A stretch of DNA of 64,000 nucleotides, taken from Eledone cirrhosa. Lineage: Eukaryota. The stretch lies in the NCBI GenBank assembly GCA_964016885.1, contig OZ024742.1, positions 305,536,001 to 305,600,000 on the forward strand, read 5' to 3'. Of the stretch, positions 42,437 to 56,334 are shown one piece after another (positions within the stretch are counted from its first letter, which is position 1; each line of letters begins with the position of its first letter). A model generated the notes under the pieces. It was not told the origin of the DNA and did no database searches. It worked only from the letters and a program-made list of their open reading frames with translations. Both the position numbers and the translations under genes were made by a program.

Positions 42437-42630
42437 TAATTGTTTCTATTTTAGGCACAAGGTCAGCAATTAGCCAGTACATTACTTGTACTTTATTTTA
42501 TCGACCCCGTAAGGATGAAAGGCAAAGTTAACCTCGGCGGGATTTGAACTCAGATCATAAAGGGACGTAACTCTAGACGTAACTCAACTTCAAAGCATGG
42601 TGTCCTACTCTCTAGCGATACTGCCAATCC
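42437..42630 (-). mobile_element. SINE family B copy
   Basis: Reverse complement of head, core and tail. Confidence 0.8.
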
Positions 42631-42702
42631 ACGAGAATAATGATGATGTGAAGGTTGCTAATTATGATAAGCATATACACACATTCGTATATGCGTATAT
42701 AC

Positions 42703-42750
<48 letters not shown>

Positions 42751-42757
42751 CTTTATA

Positions 42758-42930
<173 letters not shown>

Positions 42931-43669
42931 TTATATATATATATATACATATATATGCATAAGCACCTGTCGATATATAGGTAAACCCAAACAACTATGT
43001 CTATCAGTACATGGATTATATTTACGTTTCAACTCTTCAGTGTCGATAGATTAATATTTGTAACGTGCCGATGTCAATAAATAAGCCAAAAGATAAACGT
43101 TTCTAATTTAGGGATGAGACCAGCAATGTATGGGGCAAGTGAGAGGACATTCTGTTATATCGACCTCGGTACTTCACTGGTACTTTATTTTATCGACCAC
43201 GGAAGGATAAAAGGCAAGCATTTGTATCTTTGAATGAAATAATATTTTGTTTAGGAGTCGTATATTCATTGATATATTTCTTTTGAAGTAGTAACAACAT
43301 CAAAGGATGCTGGACGTCCTTTGTTTCTTAAAATATCCTTTGTCTGTTATTACTTACCTAACGGGTTGTTAGGTAAATATATTGCTTGGCCTGCAGATAA
43401 GCCTGACAGGAAAGTTTGGCATCAAGTTACCAGTCGTACGTATCATAGAAACCAAGATTCATTGATTATGGTAGTAGGAGAGGGGTGCAGTGCCTCAGGA
43501 TATTGTGCTATTGTGATGATAGTAGTAGTGGTATTGTTATCCTAAGCGCGGAGATCACCGGAGGCCACCGGAGGCCACCGGAGACTTAGTCTGAAATTCG
43601 AGTGAAACTTCGTTACTAATAGGAAATGTTTCGGCCGCATGTTGCTGTTAAACCTCACAGCAGGATGTC

Positions 43670-43705
43670 CTACTACTACTGCAGCTGCTACTACTACTGT
43701 TGCTG

Positions 43706-43785
<80 letters not shown>

Positions 43786-43957
43786 GTTGCTGCTGCTACT
43801 ACTACTACTGCTACTACTGCTGCTGCTACTACTACTGCTGCTACTACTACTACTGCTACTACTACTGTTGCTGCTGCTGCTGCTACTACTACTACTACTA
43901 CTACTGTTGCTGCTGCTGCTACTACTGCTGCTGCTACTACTACTACTACTACTGCTG

Positions 43958-44037
<80 letters not shown>
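43670..44037. repeat. Compound (CTA)n/(CTG)n trinucleotide repeat
   Basis: Direct reading. Confidence 0.95.
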
Positions 44038-44038
<1 letters not shown>

Positions 44039-44404
44039 GTACAAGGACGTCCATGACCGAGTGTTTCAGATTATATTGTTAATTATTAGTGTCGTTGTGA
44101 GGCTAGATAACAGTTTAGGTCCCGTCCATCCCGCTTTGTGTTTCAAGTGATAGTTTTCCTGTGGTAGTGAGGCTAAATCATATCATAGATGATGTTGGAT
44201 GGGTATAGTATAATACTACAAGATAACTGAAACACTCAGCAATTTCATAATTTTCCACCAATTTCAGCGATGTGGTGTAGCCATGCCTTTTGAAACACCT
44301 AAGTTTTAGGCAGAAAACGGGTATCCACTGCAAGGCTAAATCATCCGAAATAATAGATGACGACGAAAAGCTCAATGTTGTTCATATTATAGTTTTAAAA
44401 AGAA

Positions 44405-44504
<100 letters not shown>

Positions 44505-44800
44505 GAGGGTGTTTAAGACAAAGAGAAAGTGTTGATATATATTACCTGATCAAGTATTGGTTTCACCTTTCCTGAGTTCGAAGTAACTAATTAACCCTAA
44601 TTATTTCTATATCGGTGTCTCCTTTCTTTGTAAAACAGATTGTTGTTGTTAATGTACTTTTAATGTATTTTTCACTGTTATTGTCGTTGTTAATGTTATC
44701 TGTGAAGGCAATACAACAACAGATTTCCTTTTTGGATTTTATTATTGCATCAGATCGGATATGCGCGTTTATGGACATTATTGTAACATTGCTGTCAGCG

Positions 44801-44893
<93 letters not shown>

Positions 44894-45582
44894 AAAAAGT
44901 ATGACTCCGACGACAGAGCTCAAGCCGTTTCGATGGCTATTTCTGGACTAAATTAGAGTTTTTAGCCTGGTGAATAAATAGCCGAACTTTTCAAGGGGGT
45001 ACTTCCTTATATGGGAAGATTGTAGTTGTCAAGAGGGTTGGTTAAAATTTGTTGTAAACACAAATAAGTCTATCATGGCATTTGGTGGGAGGTAGGGATG
45101 GCTGAACTTGCCTGTAGAACAATAGGGGAGTGAGTGGAGCGGTCAAGCGTTGAAAGTGATATGTATACACAAGATTCTAAGGATAGTGTATGAAGTGGGA
45201 GAGGGATGTTATAGAATAGGTAAATTGAATGAGATTAGGAGACAATAAAAGATACTAGAAATAAACTAAAAAAAATATATATAAAATTAGATAGTGAGAA
45301 ATGAATAAAGAAATCACAATGCTATCTTACACTTACAGGTTAATAAGTTGAGAATAGAAAAAACTTATAGAAATTACAAAACAGATACAAACTTAAAGGG
45401 GTTTTTAACACATCTGCTATAAGTAGTTAGTAAAACGTATTCGGCCAATTCTATCTTAATATAACAGGGGTGGGGTAACTGCTGCTACAAGCCCGATGGG
45501 CTGCATCGGGGTAGGCGAAAGGGGAAAGCGGACTAACTTATTCGGCAAGTGTGGGGGTGGGGTCTGGGGTATCAGCCCTTGT

Positions 45583-46200
45583 CTACCCACCCGGGTCGTT
45601 ATAGGGTTTGAGGGCGAGGTAAGTCCTACGCAATCTGTGTTTGCATGCGGTTGCCAGTTCATCTTTCTTGTTAGGAGTTGGTCCTTCGAAAACAACATTT
45701 GTAATGTTTCCTCCGAGTATAAGTTACACGGACGGCGTCCTCCCGTGTAAGAGTTAGCTCTGGACAGAAAGCCCCAAGTGAGATTGTAGATTATATTGTT
45801 ATCTTGGAGGTCACAGATGTGGCCCGAATGTGTGTCGGTGTTGGTAGAGCCGGGTCTTGAAGTCACACACGGTTAATCCTATATAAGCTTTGTTGGAGGT
45901 GTCCGTCCTCACGTTGCATTGGTAGATCACGTTACGTTCTCGGCATTTGTTGTTGAGGGGGCACGTAGATCTATCAGGACAGTTACACCTCCTGGTGGGT
46001 TCTCCACTGATGTCTAGGTTATTTCTTCCATAGGGGTTGAGTTTTTTGTTGTTTGAGGAGACGATGTTTTGTGCGAAGTTAGGTGTGGTGCTGTAGGAGA
46101 GTTTGATGGTGTTTTTGTTGATTATGTTGTGGTAGCGTTGTTGTAGTGGGAAGTGTTTTTCGAGGAGTCTAAAGAAGATTTTCCCGATAGGTGTTGCGAC
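45583..46200 (-). pseudogene. PLE RT-thumb + GIY-YIG endonuclease, two frameshifts
   Basis: IGKIFFRLLEKHFP..NTIKLSYSTTPN..CNCPDRSTCPLNNKC..NVIY..AYIGLT..FKTRLYQH / LTW..CNLYSEE / NKKDELATACKH. Confidence 0.88.
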
Positions 46201-46286
46201 CTCCCACCAAATGCCATGATAGACTTATTTACGTTTACAACAAATTTTAACCAATCCTCTTGACAACTACAATCTTCCCATATAAG

Positions 46287-46397
46287 GAAGTACCCCCTTG
46301 AAAAGTTCGGCTATTTATTCACCAGGCTAAAAATTCTAATTTAGTCCAGAAATAGCCATCGAAACGGCTTGAGCTCTGCCGTCGGAGTCATACTTTT
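46287..46397 (+). ncRNA. Extended type I hammerhead (family 4) with TTGAAAA core; inverted twin at ~44896-45006
   Basis: CCCCC-TTGAAAA-GTTCGGCTATTT...AAATAGCCATC-GAAA-CGGC-TTGAGCTCT-GCCG-TC-GGAG; GUC site at 46381-46383. Confidence 0.65.
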
Positions 46398-46479
46398 TCC
46401 TATTTCCCACTCTACTACCCTAAGTATTGAGTACTCTGGCGCGTTATGGTCCATTTGGTTCCTTACCACAATTCCTTTG

Positions 46480-46586
<107 letters not shown>

Positions 46587-46916
46587 CAGTGGAACCTCGG
46601 TTCACAAATTGATTAGTTCCGAAATGGTTGCAAACTTAAAATATTTTCCCCATACGAAATGTTGAGAGAGAAATACAGAGGGAGAGAGAGAGATTTATAT
46701 TGTGTGTAAAAGACAGATAGATAGCACCAGAGTAACTAACTACACAGCAAGTAACGCTTTCTGTCGATACTCTCAGCTTTTCGCCAACTGTTTTGCCTGC
46801 TTGCGTGTTCGTTACCCGAGACACCATTCGTCACCAGAGACGTTTATGTTCAGAAAAAATTGTACTTAAACAGATTTATTCGTGATGAGAGGCGTTCAGT
46901 AACCGAGGTTCCAATG
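46587..46916. mobile_element. pogo/Tigger-like MITE
   Basis: TIRs CAGTGGAACCTCGGTT / AACCGAGGTTCCAATG with TA on both sides. Confidence 0.85.
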
Positions 46917-46920
46917 TAAA

Positions 46921-46974
<54 letters not shown>

Positions 46975-47086
46975 GAAACATGAAAAGTGCTCGAAACAAT
47001 TTAAAGCTAAACATGGACCAAACAAATTCCGTCGAATCACCTCATCCCGACATAAAAAATTACTACTGTTGCTACTACTACTACTT

Positions 47087-47143
<57 letters not shown>

Positions 47144-47682
47144 GTACACATATATATTTCTACTACTCACACACATATTTATATATAAATACACGCACTT
47201 ATATATATATATATGTGTGTATGTGTGTGTGTGTGTGTATTTCTAGATGTTTGTATGTACGTACCTATCCGTGTCTGCATATACCCTATAACAGCAGTTC
47301 GACAACTAGAGATCGATGAAATATCTGCCAGCAATTGAAAACAAAAATAAGTATTGGTGATATGATTGTCAAATCCCCAGCATTACCACAGTCCATTGCC
47401 GGACTAGTAAGACAGACCTCACACACAAGCACAGTCACACACACACACACATACACACACACACGCGCGCGCGCGCGCGCATTCAATTAAAATTTAACCA
47501 TTATGGTTTTCTATACAGAAATATGGAATCTGGTTCATAATGCATATTAACCCTTCTGATACCAAATCCTTTTGGTTTTATGATACGACAAAGATTGTTT
47601 TAAAGTGTTTAACTCCACCATAATATGTATGAATGTTTATAAGTTACGTTCCAAATACCACCTTAATAACGAAAAACTTAGT

Positions 47683-48093
47683 TATATTACGAAATTCCTC
47701 AAAAATTCTGCATTATATTAAAAATTATTTTGCAACCCATTGGCAATGTCTTTCATTAGAAATATGATAACGAGCGATACAGGGTTTTCAAAAAAAAATA
47801 ACACACACACATTTTAGTTTAGTTGTATTATCTAGTATGTGGAAATTATGATAAAGTAATATCTTATTTTCCAGTGTTATGTGTTTTATATTACTAAATT
47901 CCTAAAAATTCTAGATTATATAAAAATTATTTTGCAACCCATTGGCAATGTCTTTCATTAGAAATATGATAACGAACGAGCGATACAGGGTTTTCAAAAA
48001 AAATAACACAAACATTTTAGTTTAGTCGTATTATCTAAGTATGTGGAAATTATGATAAAGTAATATCTTCATTTCCAATGGTGTTATGTGTTT
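47683..48093. repeat. Tandem duplication of ~200 bp
   Basis: TATATTAC..AAATTCCT..TTTGCAACCCATTGGCAATG..GTGTTATGTGTTTT occurs twice in succession. Confidence 0.9.
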
Positions 48094-48365
48094 TCACTTT
48101 AGTATAATTCACTTCAATATAATTACTGTATCCTTGAACGGGTATTTAATTCTATTACTTACAAAAGTTGTTTCAGCCTTAAAGCAAATTTCTGTCAAAT
48201 TGTTCATTTGAGATACACACAGACAATAAGAAAAAAAAAGAAAAACATTCGGATGTGTGCGCTAGCGTGTGTGTGTGTATATAAATATATGTGTGTGTGC
48301 GTGCGAGTGCGTGTATATATATATAATTGTGTGTGTATGAGAGAGAGAGAGAGAAAGAGAGATAG

Positions 48366-48481
<116 letters not shown>

Positions 48482-49892
48482 TTTTGACTGTCAGTTGGAT
48501 AGATACGGACAGATACTAGTGTGGAGTGATGGGAAACGAAGCGAGAAAGAGAAGGGAGAGAAGTAATCGATAGTAGAATTGGTCATGCTACTAATGGTAG
48601 GATTGGTCGTAGTATAAGTAGTAGTAGTAGTAGTAGTAGTAATAGTAGTAGTAGGAGTAGTAGTAGTAGTAGGAGTAGTACTTAACGCCAACACATGGAG
48701 TCCACTCAATCCTTTGGTCTACGTCTCCTGTGGTCTCCAGTGATCTCGTTTCTAGCATCATATCACCATATCTTGAGACACAGCTCCCCTGCCCTTGAGA
48801 CACTGCTCCCCTGCCCTACTTCCACAATCAATGTGTCGTTGTTCCTTTCTCCCTATCTTCCAACACTCCAACCAATTTCCGAGACCCTGTTAAAGGCCAT
48901 GGATTCTGCCCTTTCCCTGACTAACACTCTTTCATATACACACACATACATAGAAACAGACACACAGACACAGGCACAGATATCACATATACACAGACAT
49001 ACATACGCTGGGACACACAACACGCACAAAGAGAGAGACGCACACACACACAAGCACATAAACAGACACACAGACACAGACGCACACACATGCCCTGTAA
49101 ATTGAAATGGGTAAACGGAAACTCTTTGTCATAGGGTGTACCTGTAATTCAAAGGGCCAGACTTGTCACACTGCCAAGCTGAATCTCCCTGAGAATTACG
49201 TCATGGGTACACATGTCAGGGAACTGCTCAGTCACTTACACTTTCTTTTCATAATTAAGATGTTCTGTTGATCGAACAATTAGAACACTCATCGTCGTAA
49301 TTGATGGAGATCCATTCACTTTTGAGGGGTAAATGAAAGAAGCTGCAGACTGAAAATGTTCTATAATTAGGGGTAGAAATGATACCCTGATATTCTTCTG
49401 GCCCCTAGTCCTTTCAAAGTATTTTTAATTCATATATTTAATTATTCATTCATTCAATTTTATTAAAAAATTCACATCTAGTGAATTTTTTAATCGAATG
49501 CCTCGCCGCAACACAGACACACACACACACAGAGTCACACACTCACATACACAGATACACACACACACACTCACATACACTCACTCACATACACACAGTC
49601 ACACACTCACATATACAGACACAGATACACACACACACAGTCACACACTCACATACACAGACACACACACGCTAACACACACACATACACACGCACACAC
49701 ACACACATTCACACACTCACATACACAGACACATATACACTCACACACGCACACACATACACACACACACACGCACACACGCACACACACAGTCACACAC
49801 TCACATACACAGACACAGATACACTCACACTCACACACGCACACACACACACATATATATATATATATTTTATATATATATATATATATATA

Positions 49893-50104
49893 ACGAAGGA
49901 AATGTGGTAAGGAACCAGGTGGACCATAACGCACCAAAGTACTCAATACTTAGGGTAGTAGAGTGGGTAATAGGAATGAGTAGGACCCCGACGGCTGAGC
50001 TCAAGCTGTTTAGACGGCTTTTTCTGGACGGCTAATTCTGGACAAGTCCAGAATTAGCCGTCGAAACGGCTTGAGCTCTGCCGAAGGGGTCCTACTCGTT
50101 CCTA
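49893..50104. mobile_element. PLE family 4 fold-back fragment
   Basis: Tail plus 3' half of HHR, inverted around ~50043. Confidence 0.8.
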
Positions 50105-50142
50105 TATATATATATATATGTACATCTATTTATTATAGTCAT

Positions 50143-50280
50143 CAGAAGACATGCTTATTGACCCTGTAAGTACACAGGAGAAATTCCAGAGTGAGACTCA
50201 CACATGGTCTCAACTATAAAAAAGATTAACCTCTGCTGTAGTATTGAGTACTCACATTAGCAACCGCCAATACTAAGCGG
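50143..50280 (+). mobile_element. Degenerate hammerhead family 2 fragment
   Basis: TGACCCTGTAAGTACACAGGA-GAAA-TTCCAGAG and tail CTCTGCTGTAGTATTGAGTACTC. Confidence 0.55.
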
Positions 50281-50314
50281 GGCATACACACTCACAAACA
50301 CATACACATCTCTT

Positions 50315-50362
<48 letters not shown>

Positions 50363-50383
50363 ACTCTCTTCCTACCCACTTTT

Positions 50384-50475
50384 CTCATGATGAAGGGCTT
50401 ATGCCCGAAACGCCCCCCCCCCCACTCTCAGGAGCGTCTACCTAATAAACCTTTATTTGTACTGCCTCTCTGTTT

Positions 50476-50480
<5 letters not shown>
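50384..50480 (+). mobile_element. Degenerate PLE-type hammerhead fragment (family 7)
   Basis: aTGATGA-AGGGC-TTAT-GCCC-GAAA-CG, downstream AATAAA; C3 mutated and 3' half lost. Confidence 0.5.
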
Positions 50481-50540
<60 letters not shown>

Positions 50541-50745
50541 AGGAACAAGTATGACCCCGACGGCAGAGCTCAAGCCGTTTCGACGGCTATTTCTGAGTCC
50601 AGAATTAGCCGTCGAAACGGCTTGAGCTCAGCCGTCGGGGTCTTACTTGTTCATATATATATATGGATATATAGGAAAAGAGTCAGGACCCCGACGGCTA
50701 AGCTCTCTAAGCATTGAGTACTTCTGTTAACTTACCATACCCTAG
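50541..50745. mobile_element. PLE family 4 fold-back fragments
   Basis: Palindrome 50541-50652 centred ~50596, then a further partial copy. Confidence 0.8.
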
Positions 50746-50767
50746 TTGTTCTAGTTACAAATATACG

Positions 50768-50828
<61 letters not shown>

Positions 50829-51066
50829 CATATACACACACACTCCAGTTATAAGTGAGTCTGTGTCTGTGTGGGTGTGCTTGATTCTGTTAAAGACTGT
50901 GTATGAATGATTGAATGAGAACAAAAGAAAATGAATGAATGAGTGAGCGAATGTATGAATGAAAAGTGTAAAAATAATAGTAAATAATAGTAAAAAAATA
51001 CACCAATGAGAAGCATGTTCTTTACGATAGTGTGTGTCTGACTCTGTTTATGCGTATATATATATG

Positions 51067-51133
<67 letters not shown>

Positions 51134-51245
51134 TTATTTCCAAGTTTCGATTAGCAACATGAAATTCGAAACTTTGTCTTTGTTAGTATCGTGTCTGCTT
51201 TGGATTTTACCTCCCCACATTCTCTCCCCCCCCTCTCTCTCTTTC

Positions 51246-51318
<73 letters not shown>

Positions 51319-51797
51319 TGCTCTCTATATTTTACCTTTCTAACTTTGATCGTGTAACAATCCCAGTGGTAGATCGACAGAATCAACTTCCCATTTATTC
51401 TCACTCTTATCACTACTCATGTTGTTATTATTTCAACCTAAGCTATCCATAATGAACTAATCATAATAAGTGGCGTTCTAGGCATGACCATCACATGATC
51501 TATCCTGGCACATATAAAATATATATTTTCCTTTATATTCTCTTTCTTTTTATAAAGAGGGTAAAGCGTTTTTTCAACGAGATTTGACTGCTATTTCTAG
51601 AGAAAAAGCCCTGACGTAGTATTTCCATTATGGTTTGTGGTGGCAGTTGTGGCTATATTAATTGGTTAGGTTGTTTGTTAGGTTTGTTTCTTTGGTTGAT
51701 TGTTATTGTTGTTAATGATCATAAAATTACGTTGTTATTTTGCCTGTGTTTCTCTTGTTGTTAGTAATTGTACTACTACTAATGTGGTATGGATAAA

Positions 51798-51859
<62 letters not shown>

Positions 51860-51864
<5 letters not shown>

Positions 51865-52305
51865 AAGTAAAATAAAAAGTCAAATGTTTAAAATTTAGCT
51901 TCGTTTATTACTGCTATATATATTTCGTGACAGCCATCTTTGGCTGTGACCTCTTCAGGCAGTCCGAATTAGTGTGGTATAGACAAGTACATATGTTGTT
52001 GAGGTGTATAATTTTGTCAATACTCTGATATGCCCAGTTCCTGGTTGGGTTGTTATTTCATTGAGGAACTGGAATCATATGATTCCAGTTCCTCAATAAA
52101 ATAACAACCCAACCAGGAACTGGGCATATCAGAGTATTGACAAATATATATAGCAGTAATAAACGAAGCTAAATTTTAAACATTTGACTTTTTATTTTAC
52201 TTTATTTTACATTACTCCGGAGTAACCAAACCAACCTGCGCACTTCGTCGAGTGCTCCAGCCTGCATATTGATGTGTTGGTATACAACCAACATATACTC
52301 AAAAT
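51860..52305. mobile_element. PLE family 1 pLTR with fold-back inversion; intact HHR at 51910-51963 (-)
   Basis: 51860-52078 matches 24680-24900; inversion centred on GGAATCATATGATTCC (52071-52086); return arm lacks the HHR and ends with the 24580 tail. Confidence 0.85.
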
Positions 52306-53067
52306 CTATATATATATTTATATATATATATGTATATATCTATGTATGTATGTATGTATGTATGTATGTATGTATGTATGTATGTATGTATATGTATTAT
52401 ATATATATATATATGTGTGTCTGTGTGTGTGTATGTGTATGTATGTGTATGTATGTATATATATATATATGTATGAATATATGTATATATGTGTGTGTGT
52501 GTATGTGTATGTATGTATATATATATATGTGTATGAAGTATGTATATATATGTGTGTGTGTGTATATGTATGAATGTATATATATGTATTTATATATATG
52601 TATATATATATATATGTATATACATATATATACACATATATATATATATACATATATGTGTGTGTGTGTGTGTGTGTGTATTTATATATCACGTGTGAGT
52701 GTTTGTGTATGTAAGGATAGGTGTTTCTGATACAACCTGTTTCAGTCATAAGTTACACCATATATATCAATCTCCATACATCTTGTGATCTCTGGAATTT
52801 TACCCGCCCTAGATAGATATAACTTGTCACGTACTGTGACACTTTCTATAGTGCTTATAACATCGTCCCATAATACAGTCGAGCGGAAGATGAGCAAATA
52901 CTGGAATGGACCTCAGTTTCAATTATGACTGTTCTAGGTGTTTGATAAACGGAACCCCCGTTTATGAAATTAACGTGTATGTGGCTGAACATCCCACATG
53001 AACATGTACCTTTAACGTAATTTTCAGGGAGATTCGGCCTGATAAATTGTGTGACAAGCTACAAACC

Positions 53068-53261
53068 CAGACCTGCCAACCTCTAAAAACTCAAACGGGG
53101 AGTACCATGAAAAAGGTGCCCCCAAACGTGGAGAAATGAAGTAAAATAGGGAGATTTTACATAATGAAAGCTATACCCATTTTCACAATAGAAGACATCT
53201 CTCACCCACCCCAAAATGGGTAGGAGATTCCCCCGTCCCACGAGGAGAGTTGACGGGTCTG
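53068..53261. mobile_element. hAT-like MITE inserted in an old SINE
   Basis: TIRs CAGACCTGCCAAC / GTTGACGGGTCTG; no clean 8-bp TSD. Confidence 0.6.
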
Positions 53262-53408
53262 CAATCCATCCGAAGGATTTGCAAACAGTTCCTGTCTACC
53301 AAATTTCTCTCACAAGGCATGAGTTTACACGAAACTATTGTAGTTGACACTTTTCCAAGACACCCCGCTATGGATATGAACTCAGAACTCTTTAACGATA
53401 CAGCCATC

Positions 53409-53513
53409 ATTATATAAAAATTCTACGGGGTCGATAAAATAAAATACCAGTAAGGCACTGGGTAATTGCTGGCTTTGTGCCTAAAGTAGAGACAATTATA
53501 TAAAAATTCTACG
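53409..53513 (+). mobile_element. 5'-truncated SINE family B with 19-bp target-site duplication
   Basis: ATTATATAAAAATTCTACG at 53409-53427 and 53495-53513 flanking the SINE 3' end. Confidence 0.85.
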
Positions 53514-53981
53514 TTTAACAATTCACCCCCAACATACAAATACATTTTATGAGTTTTTAAAACGCATACACACTGACACTCGTGTGTGTGTGTATGTGTG
53601 TTTGTGTTTGTGCGTACATGTGTGATGTAAGAGGTAAAGTAAGGGAGGTAAATCGGTAATTGAAGGTAATATTAATGAAGACTATATAATAGGCTGTGAT
53701 TTTTAAGGTAACAAGTGGTAATAGAGAGTGTGGAGAATGGAGAGTTAGGTGTAAGAATCATAGAAGTAAAATAATAGGAAATGTAAATAGAATGAAAATA
53801 AAATACAATATATAATTACAAAAATATCTGTAATCTTTGTGAAATTCCAATATTTCAATGAAAAAAATTATGATAATTTTGAGGATGGTTTACCAAGATC
53901 GCAGATGAGTTTATAACAAACTATGTAAATGTGGGTTGTATCTAAGGATCAACCACAAATAGTCACACCCTCTCTAAGTTT

Positions 53982-54027
<46 letters not shown>

Positions 54028-54203
54028 GTGTATATATATTATATTGTTTTGTATAATGTCTATCTATCTATCTAACTGTTTATCTATCTCTCTGTGGCTA
54101 ATAAAGGAATTTCTCTCTCTCTCTATATATATATATATAGTATGTTTACATCTATCTATACATGCATATATACGTGTAAATATATGATTACATACGCATA
54201 TAC

Positions 54204-54305
<102 letters not shown>

Positions 54306-54942
54306 TGTATGTATGTGTGTATGTATAGTCATAGCAAGGTTATGGAAGTAAAACCCTTAGAAATAGTGACTGAAATACACAAACGAGAAAAAAAAAAGAC
54401 TGGCGAAAAGTCTTTTACTGTGATGAAAGTAATTTGTTCGTCTTGAGATACGTGAATATGTTTTGTTCACTGTTTAAAACATCGAAAAAAAAAAAAAAAA
54501 GAATGGAATTCCGTTGGTGATAAGGAGTAAAGTTAAATACAAATATTGTCTTTAATTTTATTTCACTGGTACTGTTTGTTGGGCAACTGGTCACCCCTCT
54601 CTCCTATGATCCTGTTATTTCAGAGGTATGTAGAACTAAGTTAATATATAACTTATATTTTAAGACTGTAGTGTTTGATTTTTGGAATGTGATTTGGCTG
54701 CTATTTCTAACATGTCAATTGACCACCAAAGGTCACACATTTATAAAGGAATATAAATACGAATCGAGTCTCAATTGTTGCTCTGGCTCGCACCATTACA
54801 CTATCTCTTTCTTTCTCTCCTTTCTTTCACCTTCCCTCCCACACTTCATGACATTATCTTTCATCCTTACTTCTCTCCTCCACGCTCTCTCCACAGCTCC
54901 AGCTCTCTCATCTCTCTTTCTCTCTCTCTCCTCGTCTCTCTC

Positions 54943-55027
<85 letters not shown>

Positions 55028-55251
55028 GCATGCGGTCGTTTATTATTGATATTAAACCTTTAATACAATGCCACATATACTGTGGGAACAATAAAAGAAG
55101 TGTCGTCTGCTGAGTAGTGAGTCTCTGTATATTACTTACCATTCTGACATGTGTATGGTCACTGGTAATGAAAACGGGCTGTAGTAGGAGTGACATGACA
55201 GAGAAGAACACGAGAGACAGGAATATATATATGTATATATATATATATACA

Positions 55252-55318
<67 letters not shown>

Positions 55319-55382
55319 CTTATACTGTCATTTCTCTAATACGACGAGTGTGTTTAACTCTAATGCACTCAAGTATTTTTAT

Positions 55383-55432
<50 letters not shown>

Positions 55433-55456
55433 ACAATAACAGAGAAAGCCTTAAGC

Positions 55457-55489
<33 letters not shown>

Positions 55490-55539
55490 ATATATATATA
55501 TTATTATATATATATATGTATATATATATTCATATATAT

Positions 55540-55636
55540 ATAATTGTTTCTACTTTTAGGCACAAGGCCAGCAATTAACCAGTGCATTACTGGTACTTTA
55601 TTTTATCGACCCCGTAAGGATGAAAGGCAAAGTTAA
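55540..55636 (-). mobile_element. SINE family B 3' fragment in (TA)n
   Basis: Reverse complement of core and tail. Confidence 0.8.
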
Positions 55637-55672
55637 TATAATATATAATATATATATAATTTATATAAATAT

Positions 55673-55783
<111 letters not shown>

Positions 55784-56212
55784 AATGTGTGTGTGAGTGA
55801 TTGTGCATGGGGCTTTCGTCGGCATAATTCTGCACCTCTTCGTCAAATAAAGTGCGACTAATATTTCGTATATACGCCTAAGTTTTGTTTTGTATTCGTC
55901 ATTTAAAATAGTCCAAGGACAGTGTTTGACTAGTTTGTTAGACATTGTGTGTTTTTCCGGATCGACCAGCAGTACTTTTCGGTAGGTGTCGAAACTACGC
56001 CTATTATGAGGGCCAATAACCGGGGTGGGAGGGAAGAGTTTTTGTACCTGTTGCCTATTTTGCTACACACATACACTCATGCACAAACACTCACACAGAC
56101 ACGCACATATATATGTTATTTCTGTTACGTTCTACATACACACACTCACACACACACAATCACACACACATATATATATACGTGTGTGTCTGTGTGTATG
56201 TGTGTGTGTGAG

Positions 56213-56246
<34 letters not shown>

Positions 56247-56334
56247 ATATGTGTGTATATATATATATATATGTGTGTGTGTGCGTTTGTATTTACAATT
56301 TCCATTCATTAAATACCCACTCAATATATATATA

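Noticed and set aside
48680-48920. Possible RLE-LINE 3' end next to (TAG)n with a second permuted hammerhead
   Set aside because: No CUGANGA strand and no recognisable protein motif
55805-55860. Minus-strand TTGACGA...GAAA hammerhead-like string
   Set aside because: U3 with G8, no UH site and no convincing helices I/III
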